Source of the DNA: Macrostomum hystrix
Lineage: Eukaryota; Animalia; Platyhelminthes
Direction: 5' to 3'
Assembly: GCA_950097015.1 (NCBI GenBank)
Contig: CATNEN010000039.1
Location: forward strand, 1,178,001 to 1,242,000
Length of the DNA stretch: 64,000 bases
Positions 1 through 11,375 of this stretch are shown piece after piece. A program made the translations under genes and the position numbers. Every line of letters starts with the position of its first letter. Position 1 is the stretch's first letter. The notes under the pieces were generated by a model. The model did not search any database. It was not told where the DNA came from and saw nothing but the letters and a program-made list of their open reading frames with translations.

Positions 1-585
1 CACGACAACTGCCTGCACGACAACTGCCTTCACGACAACTGCCTGCAGCGACAACTGCCTGCGCGACAACTGCCTGCACGACAACTGCCTTCACGACAAC
101 TGCCTGCAGCGACAACTGCCTGCACGACAACTGCCTTCACGACAACTGCCTGCAGCGACAACTGCCTGCGCGACAACTGCCTGCACGACAACTGCCTTCA
201 GCGAAAACTGCCTGCGGCGACGACTGCCTGCGCGACAACTGCCTTCACGACAACTGCCTGCACGACAACTGCCTTCACGACAACTGCCTGCAGCGACAAC
301 TGCCTGCGCGACAACTGCCTGCACGACAACTGCCTTCACGACAACTGCCTGCAGCGACAACTGCCTGCACGACAACTGCCTTCACGACAACTGCCTGCAG
401 CGACAACTGCCTGCGCGACAACTGCCTGCACGACAACTGCCTTCACGACAACTGCCTGCAGCGACAACTGCCTGCACGACAACTGCCTGCAGTGACAACT
501 GCCTGCAGCGAAAACTGCCTGCGGCGACGACTGCCTGCGCGACAATTGCCTGCACGACAGCTGCCTGCACGACAACTGCCTGCAT
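1..585. repeat. 15-16 bp tandem minisatellite (CACGACAACTGCCTG variants), runs off window start
   Basis: Directly visible tandem units; ORFs over it are repeat artefacts. Confidence 0.95.
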
Positions 586-1666
586 TTCGTTAATGACGTT
601 TACATGTAGGTGGCAGTGAATTAAACCAATTCTCTATAAGTATTATGGTACTTTGTGGCATTGATTTATTGCTGCTTCCTTTTTTAACGTTAAAAACTGC
701 TGGTGCTGGTGGTATGGAAACTACCATCATTAGTGCCCACTGCCCACCCCAGAAGACGACTGCAGCAAGCACAAGAGCAGCAATTGGCGAAGAAACAGCG
801 AAGAGGTCAGGGAAGGCTGCAAAGCACTCCCCCCGAGTATATTTCAGCCCGATTAAAAGAAAACATTCAAGCAATATTGACAACTGTTAAAACGGTTTAA
901 AGCAGGATACTAGAAAAGCAGGAAACAAAAAAAACTTTTCAATTGCCAAGCGACAGACAGCGAGCCCAGAGAGCCCACCTCGGAGCATAAAACCCCGCCA
1001 CGCAGCCCACCCCAAACACCGGGGGTGGGGGAAGCCGCGGGGGGCAGGGGTGGGCAGCGTACACAAACGCCAGTTAGCGCAGCCCGCGCAAACTAGTCAA
1101 CAGACCCATGATGGCAGATAGCTTCAATTGAAAAACTTTCTAATCTCTGCATGGCCAAAGATCATTGTCATCCTGTTCAAGTTCCATCTGTTGTTGCTGT
1201 CGTAGAATTATTCTCATTGTCATTGCCCATGGCCATGTCAATGTGACAATGTCACCACCACCAGTCAGTCAGTCATCACTCACTAGTCGAATATGTCAAG
1301 TGATGTGAGATGAGATCAGAGATGTCACTATAGGATAACTAAATTACTACAATATGTCACTTCACTAGTCACTACTTACTAAAGAAAGGCTAATTGCAGT
1401 TCAATTTATTGGTGTAGTGTAGTCCACTGGCAATCAATTACTGGTTAGTTGATTGATTAATGACTTGAATTTCTTTGAATTTGTAAAATAATGTTTATAT
1501 AAATTTAAATTTAAACTTTTTTACGGATTTACGTACTTTCGCATTAGAGAAAAAAAGAGCAAAAATATTACAATTTTTAGCAAAAAATGTCTTTTTGATG
1601 ATTAAAAAATACATATTTTTTCTGTTTATTGCCTTTTCGTGGTTTTAAATTCAGCATTTGTTAAAA

Positions 1667-1903
1667 GTATCGGACTATTGAGTATCGGACTATTGAGTAT
1701 CGGACTATTGAGTATCGGACTATTGAGTATCGGACTATTGAGTATCGGACTATTGAGTATCGGAGTACCGAATATGATAAAAGCATCGCTCGATACCATA
1801 GTCCGATACCGTCAAAAAAGTATCGAGGTCCGATACTCCGGTACCCAAATTGTATCGTCGATAGTATCGGAGTATCGGAGTATCGGACCTGTGCCCAACA
1901 CTG
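1667..1903 (-). mobile_element. Probable hAT-type element end: 15-bp array (AGTATCGGACTATTG x~6), GTATCGG/CCGATAC motifs, terminus ...CCCAACACTG
   Basis: Reverse complement begins CAGTGTTGGG, a typical hAT terminus, with subterminal short repeats; partner end not identified. Confidence 0.45.
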
Positions 1904-2529
1904 TAGAGTACTAAGAAGTTGGATCTTGTCAAAGCACATAGAGAGTATCCTAGCATCTAAAACTACATTGGTTCAGCGACGAATATACTGTATGCATACT
2001 AAGTTATGGGTCAGACAGGTTTTGTTGTGTGGGCCAGCCTGCGCTAGATGGGCAGACAGACTGTGCGCAAGATACAAGTTTTATACTTTAAGCTTTGCAT
2101 TGGAAATGCAAAAACACATAAAACTGCACACGGCTCGAAGGCACTTTCTCAAACTCTCAAACTCTTCATTCCTTACAGTTTCAGCTGTGCGGGCTGATGT
2201 TTTCGAGTCGAGAGGCTAGCAATAAGGCCCGCACCAACCCAGATGCTACTGCGAATGCCGAATGCTTGAGCTGAAAATAGCAAGCCCCGACACGACTCAT
2301 GCAGCCCCCAAGCCAACCAAAATACGACGAAAGCCTACTTCTTAAAATCAAGAATCTTTTCGTCCCGATGCTGTGCACATGACGTACGCAGACAAGAACA
2401 TTTCCAGGAAATGGACTCCAAAAAACTGATTTATTATAAAACTCGAAGCTGCTTTTATGTGATTGCGTGCTCGTATTTCAGCATAAAGAAGGCTCAGCTA
2501 GTTTACTTGGACATCTTCTTCAAGAAAGC

Positions 2530-3978
2530 ATGCAGCGCGATCTGTACCAGGAATGGCTAACGGCAAAGAAAAAAGAGGACTTTAAGTACTACAGCGACCC
2601 CGAATTCCGAGAGGCCTACACGAGTGGGGAAATGCTCAGAAAGTCGAATCTGATGCGCACCCAATCTCGGGAAGAGGTGACGCAGGTGCTCAATGCACTT
2701 AGCTCTGAGGCTGCATCGCGTGAAATTCGAGTCTTGTCGCTTGGCTGCGGTCCCGGCAGCGATCTGCTCGGGATAACCTGGGCAATCAGGGACGCACTGG
2801 ACAGAAGCGCCGGTGCGAGCATCCAGTCCTGGAGCACCGGTTACCGAATTTCGCTGAGATGCACCGGGGTCGACGCGTTTCCGTGGGAGCGGAAGCAGTT
2901 TAACAAGAATTTTCGGAGGGCCACCTCCACAGTGCTGAGAGGCAGCCAGTGTGAGTTTATCGAGCAGGCGATGGAGGACTTCGTGCACAGCAGTCCAGTG
3001 AATTTGTTCGACATCATCAGTGTCAGCTTTGTTGATGCCGGCAGCAGTCTGAGCTTGGTGGGCGTGAAGCTGCCTCAAATGCTGAGCAAGTCTGGTCAGG
3101 TCTTTGTCATGGACAATGACATCAGAAGTGTGCAGCAGCTTGAGAACTTCGGTTTCAAACGTAGATTTACAGGAAAGCAGATCTGCCTGTACACCCGAGG
3201 CCAGGGCAACTTTGATTTGACATACACTCCTGCTGCCGACTCAGCAATTGTGAGATTTCGAGAGGCTAGACAATTGTTGCTAGAGCAGCAGCGACGGCAG
3301 GAGCGACTGCTTGATATGATGAGGCTGCAGGAACTGCAGAAGAGGCATCTAGAAAAGCAGAAAATTCAGGAGCAGCAGCGCCAGCAGCGAGTGCAGGAGC
3401 AACTACAGGAAGAACGCCTGCAGAAACTACAGGAAGAACGCCTGCAGAAACTACAGGAAGAACGCCTGCAGAAACTAGAGGAAGAACGCCTGCAGAAACT
3501 ACAGGAAGAACGCTTGCAGAAACTACAGGAAGAACGCCTGCAGAAACTGCAGGAAGAACGCTTGCAGAAACTGCAGGAAGAACGCCTGCAGAAACTGCAG
3601 GAAGAACGCCTGCAGAAACTACAGGAAGAACGCTTGCAGAAACTACAGGAAGAACGCCTGCAGAAACTACAGGAAGAACGCTTGCAGAAACTGCAGGAAG
3701 AACGCCTGCAGAAACTAGAGGAAGAACGCCTGCAGCGACAGCGGCAACAGCAACATCACGAGCTACTGGAGCAACAGCAACGTCAGCAGCGACAGCAGGA
3801 AGAACAGCGGCAGCGGGAACAACATCGTCAGGTGAGTCATCATATTCAGAAGAACGCGCAGCCACGCGAAGGGCAGTTTATCGGTCGATACGTCGATGTG
3901 CTGACTCCGGACAGACGAGTGGACTCAGTCAATATTTCTGCGAAACTAAATTGCTGCCCGTGCTGCACGTTTTTGTGA
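2530..3978 (+). CDS. Class I SAM-dependent methyltransferase-like protein with (LQEERLQK)x~14 helical repeat and C-terminal CCPCCTFL CaaX motif (copy 1)
   Basis: Motif I RVLSLGCGPGSDL, acidic motif CTGVDAFPW, FDIISVSFV; first ATG 2530 downstream of tttcag acceptor ending 2481; intact ORF; paralog at 43594. Confidence 0.85.
   Translation: MQRDLYQEWLTAKKKEDFKYYSDPEFREAYTSGEMLRKSNLMRTQSREEVTQVLNALSSEAASREIRVLSLGCGPGSDLLGITWAIRDALDRSAGASIQSWSTGYRISLRCTGVDAFPWERKQFNKNFRRATSTVLRGSQCEFIEQAMEDFVHSSPVNLFDIISVSFVDAGSSLSLVGVKLPQMLSKSGQVFVMDNDIRSVQQLENFGFKRRFTGKQICLYTRGQGNFDLTYTPAADSAIVRFREARQLLLEQQRRQERLLDMMRLQELQKRHLEKQKIQEQQRQQRVQEQLQEERLQKLQEERLQKLQEERLQKLEEERLQKLQEERLQKLQEERLQKLQEERLQKLQEERLQKLQEERLQKLQEERLQKLQEERLQKLQEERLQKLQEERLQKLEEERLQRQRQQQHHELLEQQQRQQRQQEEQRQREQHRQVSHHIQKNAQPREGQFIGRYVDVLTPDRRVDSVNISAKLNCCPCCTFL
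3403..3735 (+). repeat. 24-bp coding tandem repeat (CTRCAGGAAGAACGCYTGCAGAAA)
   Basis: About 14 in-frame copies encoding LQEERLQK. Confidence 0.95.
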
Positions 3979-4292
3979 TTGAAAATCACAAAAGGATGTC
4001 TCCCTTCAGCATAACGAAGATTTCAGCATACAGCCAAAGCAATTGCCTAGTGGGGATTTCAAGTATCTTTTTAATTCTAGCACTTGCTGTCAGCTAGCAA
4101 ATGCAGGTGGGCAATATATTTTAGGGTGACGCAAGCATGCAAAACCCAGCAGTACGGCTCGTACAAACTGTATCTATGTATGTTTGATGCTGCTCATTAA
4201 ATTTCCTTTCGTGCTCAGAAAGAATTTTTACGTTCTAGTGCTTATTTGCCTAATATTTAGAGCAGCAAATAAATAAAAGTACCAATATGTGA

Positions 4293-4772
4293 GAGTTAGC
4301 ATGCGTTTGTACTCAAATGTGTCATTTCTTGCTGTGTTTAGTTCAGCGTCTGCTATAGAGCTAATTGTTTATTGATATTTTACCGTCAGAATGTAAGCAA
4401 AAAGCCTGTTATTTCAATTCCGAAAGGAAAGAATTCGCATTTGTCGAAAAGTGATGAAACTGCACTTTTGCATTCCAGTGACGGGAATTCTCTTTTTAGC
4501 GAAGGGAAATTTTGTGAAAGTGAAATTCTTGCGGCCTGCGTTTGACTGCATGCAAGGCTGTGCTCAACCCTGAGCAGTCCATCTATAGTGTTTCTGGCTT
4601 TAAATATGCAGCTCTGCCTCATCGCACCTGTCGGCCTGCCCACAGGAATAGTCTCGATGAAGCTCAACGTTTGAGCATTCTGGAATCAGCTGACTATTGC
4701 TGGCTATTGGCGCGGAATGCAGCCGCGTGGTTATTTTATCTATTCAGCAGTTTGAGTTGGAAAGTTTTTGCC
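4293..4772 (+). repeat. 3' flank of methyltransferase copy 1, duplicated at ~45360-45882
   Basis: Near-identical text from agttagcatgcgtttgtactc to gtttttgccac in both places. Confidence 0.9.
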
Positions 4773-4789
4773 ACTGGAATGTATTACTT

Positions 4790-7700
4790 TGTGAGTGTCT
4801 TTTTCTCTGGCTCGCAGGTTGAAAGTCAGAGATAGAAATACTCTGAAGTGTAGATGGACATAGACAGGCATAGATAGACAGCAGGCGATATATTTTTGGA
4901 AAATTAACTTGCCTGCAGGCTCGCAAAGGCTCGCACCACAGTGCCTTCACGATCTTCGGAAGCGGCTGTTGACAACTGCTGACGCCACACTAGATACTCT
5001 TACTTAAGCACAGCAAACGGATCTGTTAACAGGCTGCTGTTGCTGGTTGGCTACTTCCTGGACAAGAAAAAGTTTGCGCATCAAAGCTTATGTCATCAAA
5101 ATTTGTTGTCAGAAGAAAGCTGGCCCGCTGTTGTGGCACTCCGAACAACAGCTTGATGTCGTCTTTAATAGCATCTACCGCCGGTAAATGCACAGCAGTT
5201 CTGTAGTAGTCTGCCGCACTAGAGATAACAGTCTGCGACTGCACCTGATTCACCTGCGCATTCTGATGACGAGCCACAGGGCGTCCCTGTCACGGCAATT
5301 TCTGATCTATGTCAAGCTACAGTGCAAGGGCCCGTGCTTCTCTAAATATACCGTGAAACTGCTTCTCGCTTCGCTAAGCCTCTAGCCTCTAGTACCTCCT
5401 TCACCTCATGGTCGGCCTCGACAAGCTCGTTGTCTGAGGCTTGAAGTCTTCAAGACGCTACAGAAGCAATCCAACAAGACTTTCAAGGATTATTGCCGAA
5501 TAAGAGACCGCCTCGTTGTTTCAGTGGTCATTAGCTTCCTCCCTACTGGGCGACGATGACCTTAAAGCGCTGAGAAAGATTGAGTGTGCTCACCATCATC
5601 GAGGATGGCAATTCCGTAGCACATTCTCAGATCTTTGAGGCACAGGTTCTTGTGTGGCAGGAGCTGGCGCTTCGCTGCCGCTCGGTGAAGTGTGAACCTA
5701 ATCCCCGCGTCGATAAGACGACGGATGTTTTTCGCTGCTTCGCTGCGGATAAAGATATCGAGCGGAAGGGGAGTTGAGAATGTTGAGAAAGGCGTTCAGG
5801 CCGTCAAAGGCGAGCGGATGGCGAGGCGCTTAAAATCATGCGACACACGCGCGGCCCTGCACTCTCCACAGAGTCTCATGGCAGGTCTTGAGCTGCAGGG
5901 CGCTGGCCCAGATCAGTCCGGCGTTCGAGACAGCCGGTCTGACCATAGCAGTGCAGATCCACCACAGGCGCTTGGGGTTGAGACCCCAAGTGGTGCCCAC
6001 CGCCCTGCGCAGCTGCGCCAGGATAGCGAAGGCTTTTTGGCTTTTGCGTGGACATGAGGAGACAAGATAAGCTTATGGTCGAGCCGAGGCATTTAGTTCG
6101 CTTCTGACAAGGAATGTCCTTGTGGCAAAGGGCACTTTCGCTGGATCGGCCCGCCCGAAAGGCGTGCTGGTTGCTGCTGAGCGGCTTGTGTTTCAACTCA
6201 ACGGAAAGGAGGCGCCGGAGCACCAACCTCTCCATCAGCTTGACCATGAAGGAGGTCAAGCTGATCGGCCTGAACGATTTGATAGATTGGTAGTCCGGGC
6301 GTCCTGGCTTGTGGATGAAAACTACCCTCGCCTCGGTACAGTCCTTCGGAACGTACTCGAGGATGATGCAGTGGGTTTGCCGTCGGCTTTCCTCACTGTT
6401 GACAGCTTAGATACTTTGTCTGGCGTGAGAGCTTTGACAATCTTGGAGGTGGGGCGGGTGCCCTCCAGTTCCTCACAGCATTGGGTTTGGCTTTTCTGAC
6501 TTCCTTCTTGAAGCAGTGGATAGCTTCGAGCCTGATCCGCCGGGTTTTTTTTTGGCTCTTCGGTGGAGCCTCTTTGCTTTTCGGCGGAGCTCACGAAGGT
6601 GGGGTTCCACCAAGGAGCCGACGCTTTGCCATGGTAGGCCTTAAGAGGGCAGGCGGCCTCGAAGGCGGCGGTCATCTAGTTTTTGAGGAAGCCCGCTAAC
6701 TCGTCCACTTCTTCGCAGGTGCTGGTAGGTTCTGTTGGGTTCCTTCAAGGTTGAACCTGAAGGCTTCCCAATCGGTGTTCCTCGCATTTCTCTTACAGGT
6801 GATCTGGTTTGCGCGTCGAGCGCTTGCCGGACGGAAGGACATAAAATTGTGGTCTGACAGAGTTGATCCGGGCATCACCTTCCACTCCCTGGTGCTCTGG
6901 AAGAGCCTAGGTGTGGCAAGTGTAGCGTTGTTCAGCTAGTTCTTCGACCATTATTGAAAGTTAGAGTATTCCCTGTGTTGCAGAACTCCAGGGTTGTGGT
7001 AATGATGTACGCAAGAAGGTGCTCGCCTCTGGGGTTGATATCAAAGCTTCCACAGTGGGTATGGTTGGCGATAAAGTCATCTTTCTTGGTGGCCAGGTAT
7101 CCACCAGGGCGGTAAGCTTCTAGAAGATGACCGGTTCGTCTCCCGGCAGGTAGGCTGAGGCGATCAGAATGGTTTACCGGGAGAATACTTTCGGATTAAA
7201 TGAGACAGAGATCTCGACTGGAAAGATCGGGTCTGTGCCAAGCATTAATGAAACTGGAGACGAGAGTGTAGGCTCTGGGAGCATGGTTCTCCCCAGTATA
7301 GAACCTTAACCAGTATAGAAACATTGGTACCCTTCCAGGAGCCCTGGTGGCGGGGATAGCTGCAGTGTTGTCGGGGGGCGTCTGCCTAATCCGTTCATCA
7401 CCACCGCCGTTCCCAGCCGCAGGGACTCCGTCCGTGCTCTCGCGCGCCTCGCCGTAAGTTACACGATGTTAGGTTCACACTCACAGGTACACGAAGTTGG
7501 GGACTGGCCGCATACCCTGTTAAGGTCAAAGGGTAGCACCTTTTCCTCTAGCCGTGGCCAGAGGTACCCAGTTTGGCCCGAGCTCGATTCAACGCTAGAT
7601 CGAGGAGGTCATTCTGGTTCCGTAAGGAAAAATAAGAAGCATTGGCAGCAGCGCGACCCACGTGGTTGACAAGTGCAACATCGCCACCTCGAGCTCGGTT

Positions 7701-8480
7701 ACGCAACATCGCGCGAAAGTTTCCATCATTTACTTCAGGCTCGCTTCCATCCAAGTGAAGTCGATGATTTTCCCCGCGATGACCTCGGAGTGCGATGTGC
7801 GATGTCAGGACGGAGTCAATAACCAGTGTTAAACCTGCTCGATTTTCCTGATTTTCCTGCCTAGCGGTCATAATCTATCGGATGATTATTATTATTATTA
7901 TTATCGGACGATCGGATGTCCTGGTCTTTTTCTAAATTGCAAACGCGCCTCTCAAACTGCTTCATTTTTCATATTTTGCAATATGATACGAGCTTTTCTT
8001 CACGCAGTGAGAGTACACCTTGCTTTCTTGTTAAATAACCAAACCTATGATCATCAAATCATCAAACCTGGGCGCCATCAACGGAAGCTTGGGTGCCATT
8101 AACGGGAGTTTGGGCACCATCATCAGGAGCTTGGGCGCCATCATCAGAGCTTGGGCGCCATCATCAGAGCTTGGGCGCCATCACCATCAGAATGCGCCAT
8201 CACCGAGAGCTTGAGCACCATCACCATCACCATCAGAATTGGTGTCATCACCAGTTCGCCATTTTCGAATTGCTTGTTAACAAGCAAGCAATAAATTAAT
8301 TACAGTTAGCTAAGCAGTGCACTGTCTAAGTGTCTAGTCTAGTCAAAGTCACAATGAATGACTTAGTGCTTCAAGCCCTCCTCGATCTCCAGTCCCTCAA
8401 CCTCGATTGCCTTCATGTCCCTGGCGATTGGCGATGGCCCCGGGATGCCCCGGTTTGCCCGCCTACGTTCGACAGCTAAT
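4790..8480 (-). mobile_element. Decayed hAT transposon (ZMYM1/DUF4371-type transposase), interrupted by a LINE
   Basis: IALRGH...NDGNFRAMLR...NASYFSLRNQNDLL (7548-7871); DYYRTAVHLPAVD (5026-5277); hATC-like FPKIYRLLSIYACL (~4860-4910); GC-rich hAT-like end near 8440-8480. Confidence 0.75.
5870..7460 (-). mobile_element. Truncated non-LTR retrotransposon (APE + start of RT; LOA/R1-like), pseudogenised
   Basis: LTSFMVKLMERLV...QHAFRAGRSSESAL (RT), AFEAACP...APWWNP, LSDH...RNTDWEAF, GSFDINPRGEHL (APE); frameshifts; boundaries approximate. Confidence 0.85.
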
Positions 8481-9378
8481 GTTTGCCAGCCGACGTACAG
8501 GAATACAGATTGTGATCAATGGGCTACCCGAATATAAAAATATTATAAATATTATAATTTTATTTTCTTGCGTTTATCGTCAGCAGGCAGTTCCAATAAC
8601 TCCCAAGCTTGTAATAATTTTGAGGCGAGAGATTTCATCTTCGGACTCTGACTCTGAGACATTGAGTCAAGTTTTATTTTCGAATTTCCTGTCGATCTGT
8701 TGATAGCACATAAGCAAGGAGATTCTAAGATTTCATTTAAGCACGGCTCACTAGATGAAACAGGTGGACCCACAAGCTTCAGCAAAAATACTAGAGAATT
8801 TATTCAGCTTTATAATAAGTATAAGGTATTCTATGGGTTTGAAGCCGGTATGAGATTAAGTGAAATACCGACCGAAAAAGCCATAGAATAACTTATTTAA
8901 ACTACTTTCATTTTGCGGGATGTATGCAGATAAATCCCGGAGCCAGTGTCTAGACATCTCTATGGTAAAAGTACATATGTTCTGTTTTATAAATGAGAAA
9001 CATTAGAGACGCGAACCCCAACACGCATTGCCTTAAAGTTTTAGAAAATTTCCGAGCAAAAAATAGGCCTCCTGTCCAGATTCTAACTCAGGGGTCGGCC
9101 TCCGGTCCGCTTAAGGATAGCCCATGTACATTGCCTGCCCCCTTCTATTGCGGGGAGGGCAGTCGTGTTTGCGAGTCTACATAGTCTATTTTTATTTGTG
9201 CAGTCAAGACGGGGAAACTCAGAAGTCAGAGCGTGGCATAACCACGACAATGATCCCCTAGTTCTCATTATCTATAGATTTTATTATGCACCGCTAGTGC
9301 ATATCCGGGTTTAAGGGGTGGTGGGCGTGAGCGTACACTCGTACAGTTTCGTTTAAATTGGCTCGTGTTAACCCTCTC

Positions 9379-11082
9379 GGTTTACTCCCTGATTCGCCGA
9401 AATTCCTGACTCACCGAATCACGATTCGCCGATTCCCGATTCGCCGAAATTCCTGACTTGCCGAATCCCGATTCGCCGAAATTCCCGATTCGCCGAATCC
9501 CGATTCGCCGAAATTCCTGACTTGCCGAATCCCGATTCGCCGAAATTCCCGATTCGCCGAATCCCGATTCGCCGAAATTCCTGACTTGCCGAATCCCGAT
9601 TCGCCGAAATTCCCGATTCGCCGAATCCCGATTCGCCGAAATTCCTAACTCGCCGAATTCCTGACTCGCCGAATTCCTGACTCGCCGAATTCCCGATTCG
9701 CCGAATCCCGATTCGCCGAAATTCCTGACTTGCCGAATCCCGATTCGCCGAAATTCCCGATTCGCCGAATCCCGATTCGCCGAAATTCCTGACTCGCCGA
9801 ATTCCTGACTCGCCGAATTCCCGATTCGCCGAAATTCCTGACTCGCCGAATCCCGATTCGCCGAAACTCCTGACTCGCCGAAATCCCGATTCGCCGAATC
9901 CCGATTCGCCGAAATTCCTGACTCGCCGAATTCCTGACTCGCCGAATTCCCGATTCGCTGAAATTCCTGACTCGCCGAATCCCGATTCGCCGAAACTCCT
10001 GACTCGCCGAAATCCCGATTCGCCGAATCCCGATTCGCCGAAATTCCTGACTCGCCGAATTCCTGACTCGCCGAATTCCCGATTCGCTGAAATTCCTGAC
10101 TCGCCGAATCCCGATTCGCCGAAACTCCTGACTCGCCGAAATCCCGATTCGTCGAAATTCCTGACTCGCCGAATCCCGATTCGCCGAAATTCCTGACTTG
10201 CCGAATCCCGATTCGCCGAAATTCCCGATTCGCCGAATTCCCGATTCGCCGAAATTCCTGACTCGCCGAATTCCCGATTCGCCGAAATTACTGACTCGAA
10301 TCCTGATTCGCCGAATCCTGATTCAATACATCTTACTTTATCATAAATTAAAATTAAAGCACATAACCATTGCCCTCTTTGAGTGTTGGTCAAATATTGG
10401 AACTCTATTTCTATTGTACTGAAATAAATTAAAAAACTAACTTAAATGAAATGCACTTTCTTCATTCATTAACTTGTAAACTTGCTTCTAAACTTTATTA
10501 GCTTTCTGGAACGTAGATTGAGTGAGCAAAGAAGAACATCACAGGTACTGAGGCGGCGTTTGATTTGAAGTGAATTTGAGTTGTTTGGTTTATTTTGCAC
10601 CGCAACTTGTTTAACTATATTTTGTTCTCACTTATTTTAATCCACTGCAAGTACATACTCATTTTCTCTAATACATTCTGTCTACCTGTGTGCGCCTAGC
10701 CCACCACCCCAAATATTGTCACCTTCCGCCACTCTACCCTGATCGCTATATAATATCTCGCTATTGATTATCGCACACTGAAATATAGAATTTTGCTCGC
10801 CTTGTTCTCAAACTAGCAGAATGAACTTTTCTCAGTCATTTGCGGCATGACAGGTACTTCGGAAAAAGCAAAACTTGCTGGACCTTGTAGAGCCGAAAGT
10901 AAAAGTGTAATTAACGGGAAAATAAAAGTAAAATTAAAGTGTGAGGTACGGTAGCTCAGCAAAAAATGTTCTTAGCATTTTTTTCGGCAAATAGGGAATT
11001 CGGCGAATCGGGAATCGGCGAATCGGGAATTTCGGCGAATCGGGATTCGGCGAATCGGGATTCGGCGAATCGGGAGTAAACC
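9379..11082. mobile_element. Non-autonomous Mutator-like (foldback-type) element with tandem-array TIRs
   Basis: Ends GGTTTACTCCC...GGGAGTAAACC; 9-bp TSD AACCCTCTC (9370-9378, 11083-11091); GATTCGCCGAA arrays at 9390-10325 and inverted at 10984-11075. Confidence 0.9.
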
Positions 11083-11320
11083 AACCCTCTCTCCCCCAGG
11101 CCTTCAGTTTTGGATTCGGAGTGGGGGAGTTTTAAGGGGGTTTGCGCACTGATAACCATTTGAAGCCGGCGTGGGGTGGGTGCAGAGACTTCTAGAAATA
11201 ACAACTGGACCCGCAAGGCACAGCGATGACTAATATTTTCCCTACAATTGAGGCCGACAAATAGGCTTCCTGTCCAGATTCTAACTAGAGATAAGAGACG
11301 TCCATGATTGGGGGCGGCGG

Positions 11321-11375
11321 CACAGACCAAGAAATATGACTTGGTCTTTATATTTCTTATATTTCTTGGTCTGTG
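11321..11375. mobile_element. P-element excision footprint / minimal remnant
   Basis: TSD GGCGGCGG (11313-11320, 11376-11383); 17 nt of each TIR (CACAGACCAAGAAATAT / ATATTTCTTGGTCTGTG) plus 21-nt filler. Confidence 0.8.

Noticed and set aside
91-585. ORFs over tandem repeats (also 9419-10393, 17205-17730, 24296-24611, 55719-56794)
   Set aside because: Translations simply mirror minisatellite periodicity; several lie in introns or TIR arrays
1060-1097. Helitron 3' end (GC hairpin + CTAG|T); similar at 12922-12955 and 30043-30048
   Set aside because: Hairpins are too short or misplaced, and no 5' TC end or Rep/Hel sequence is seen
2557-3865. Antisense ORFs over the MTase genes (also 43645-44691)
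   Set aside because: Shadow frames of GC-rich or repetitive coding sequence
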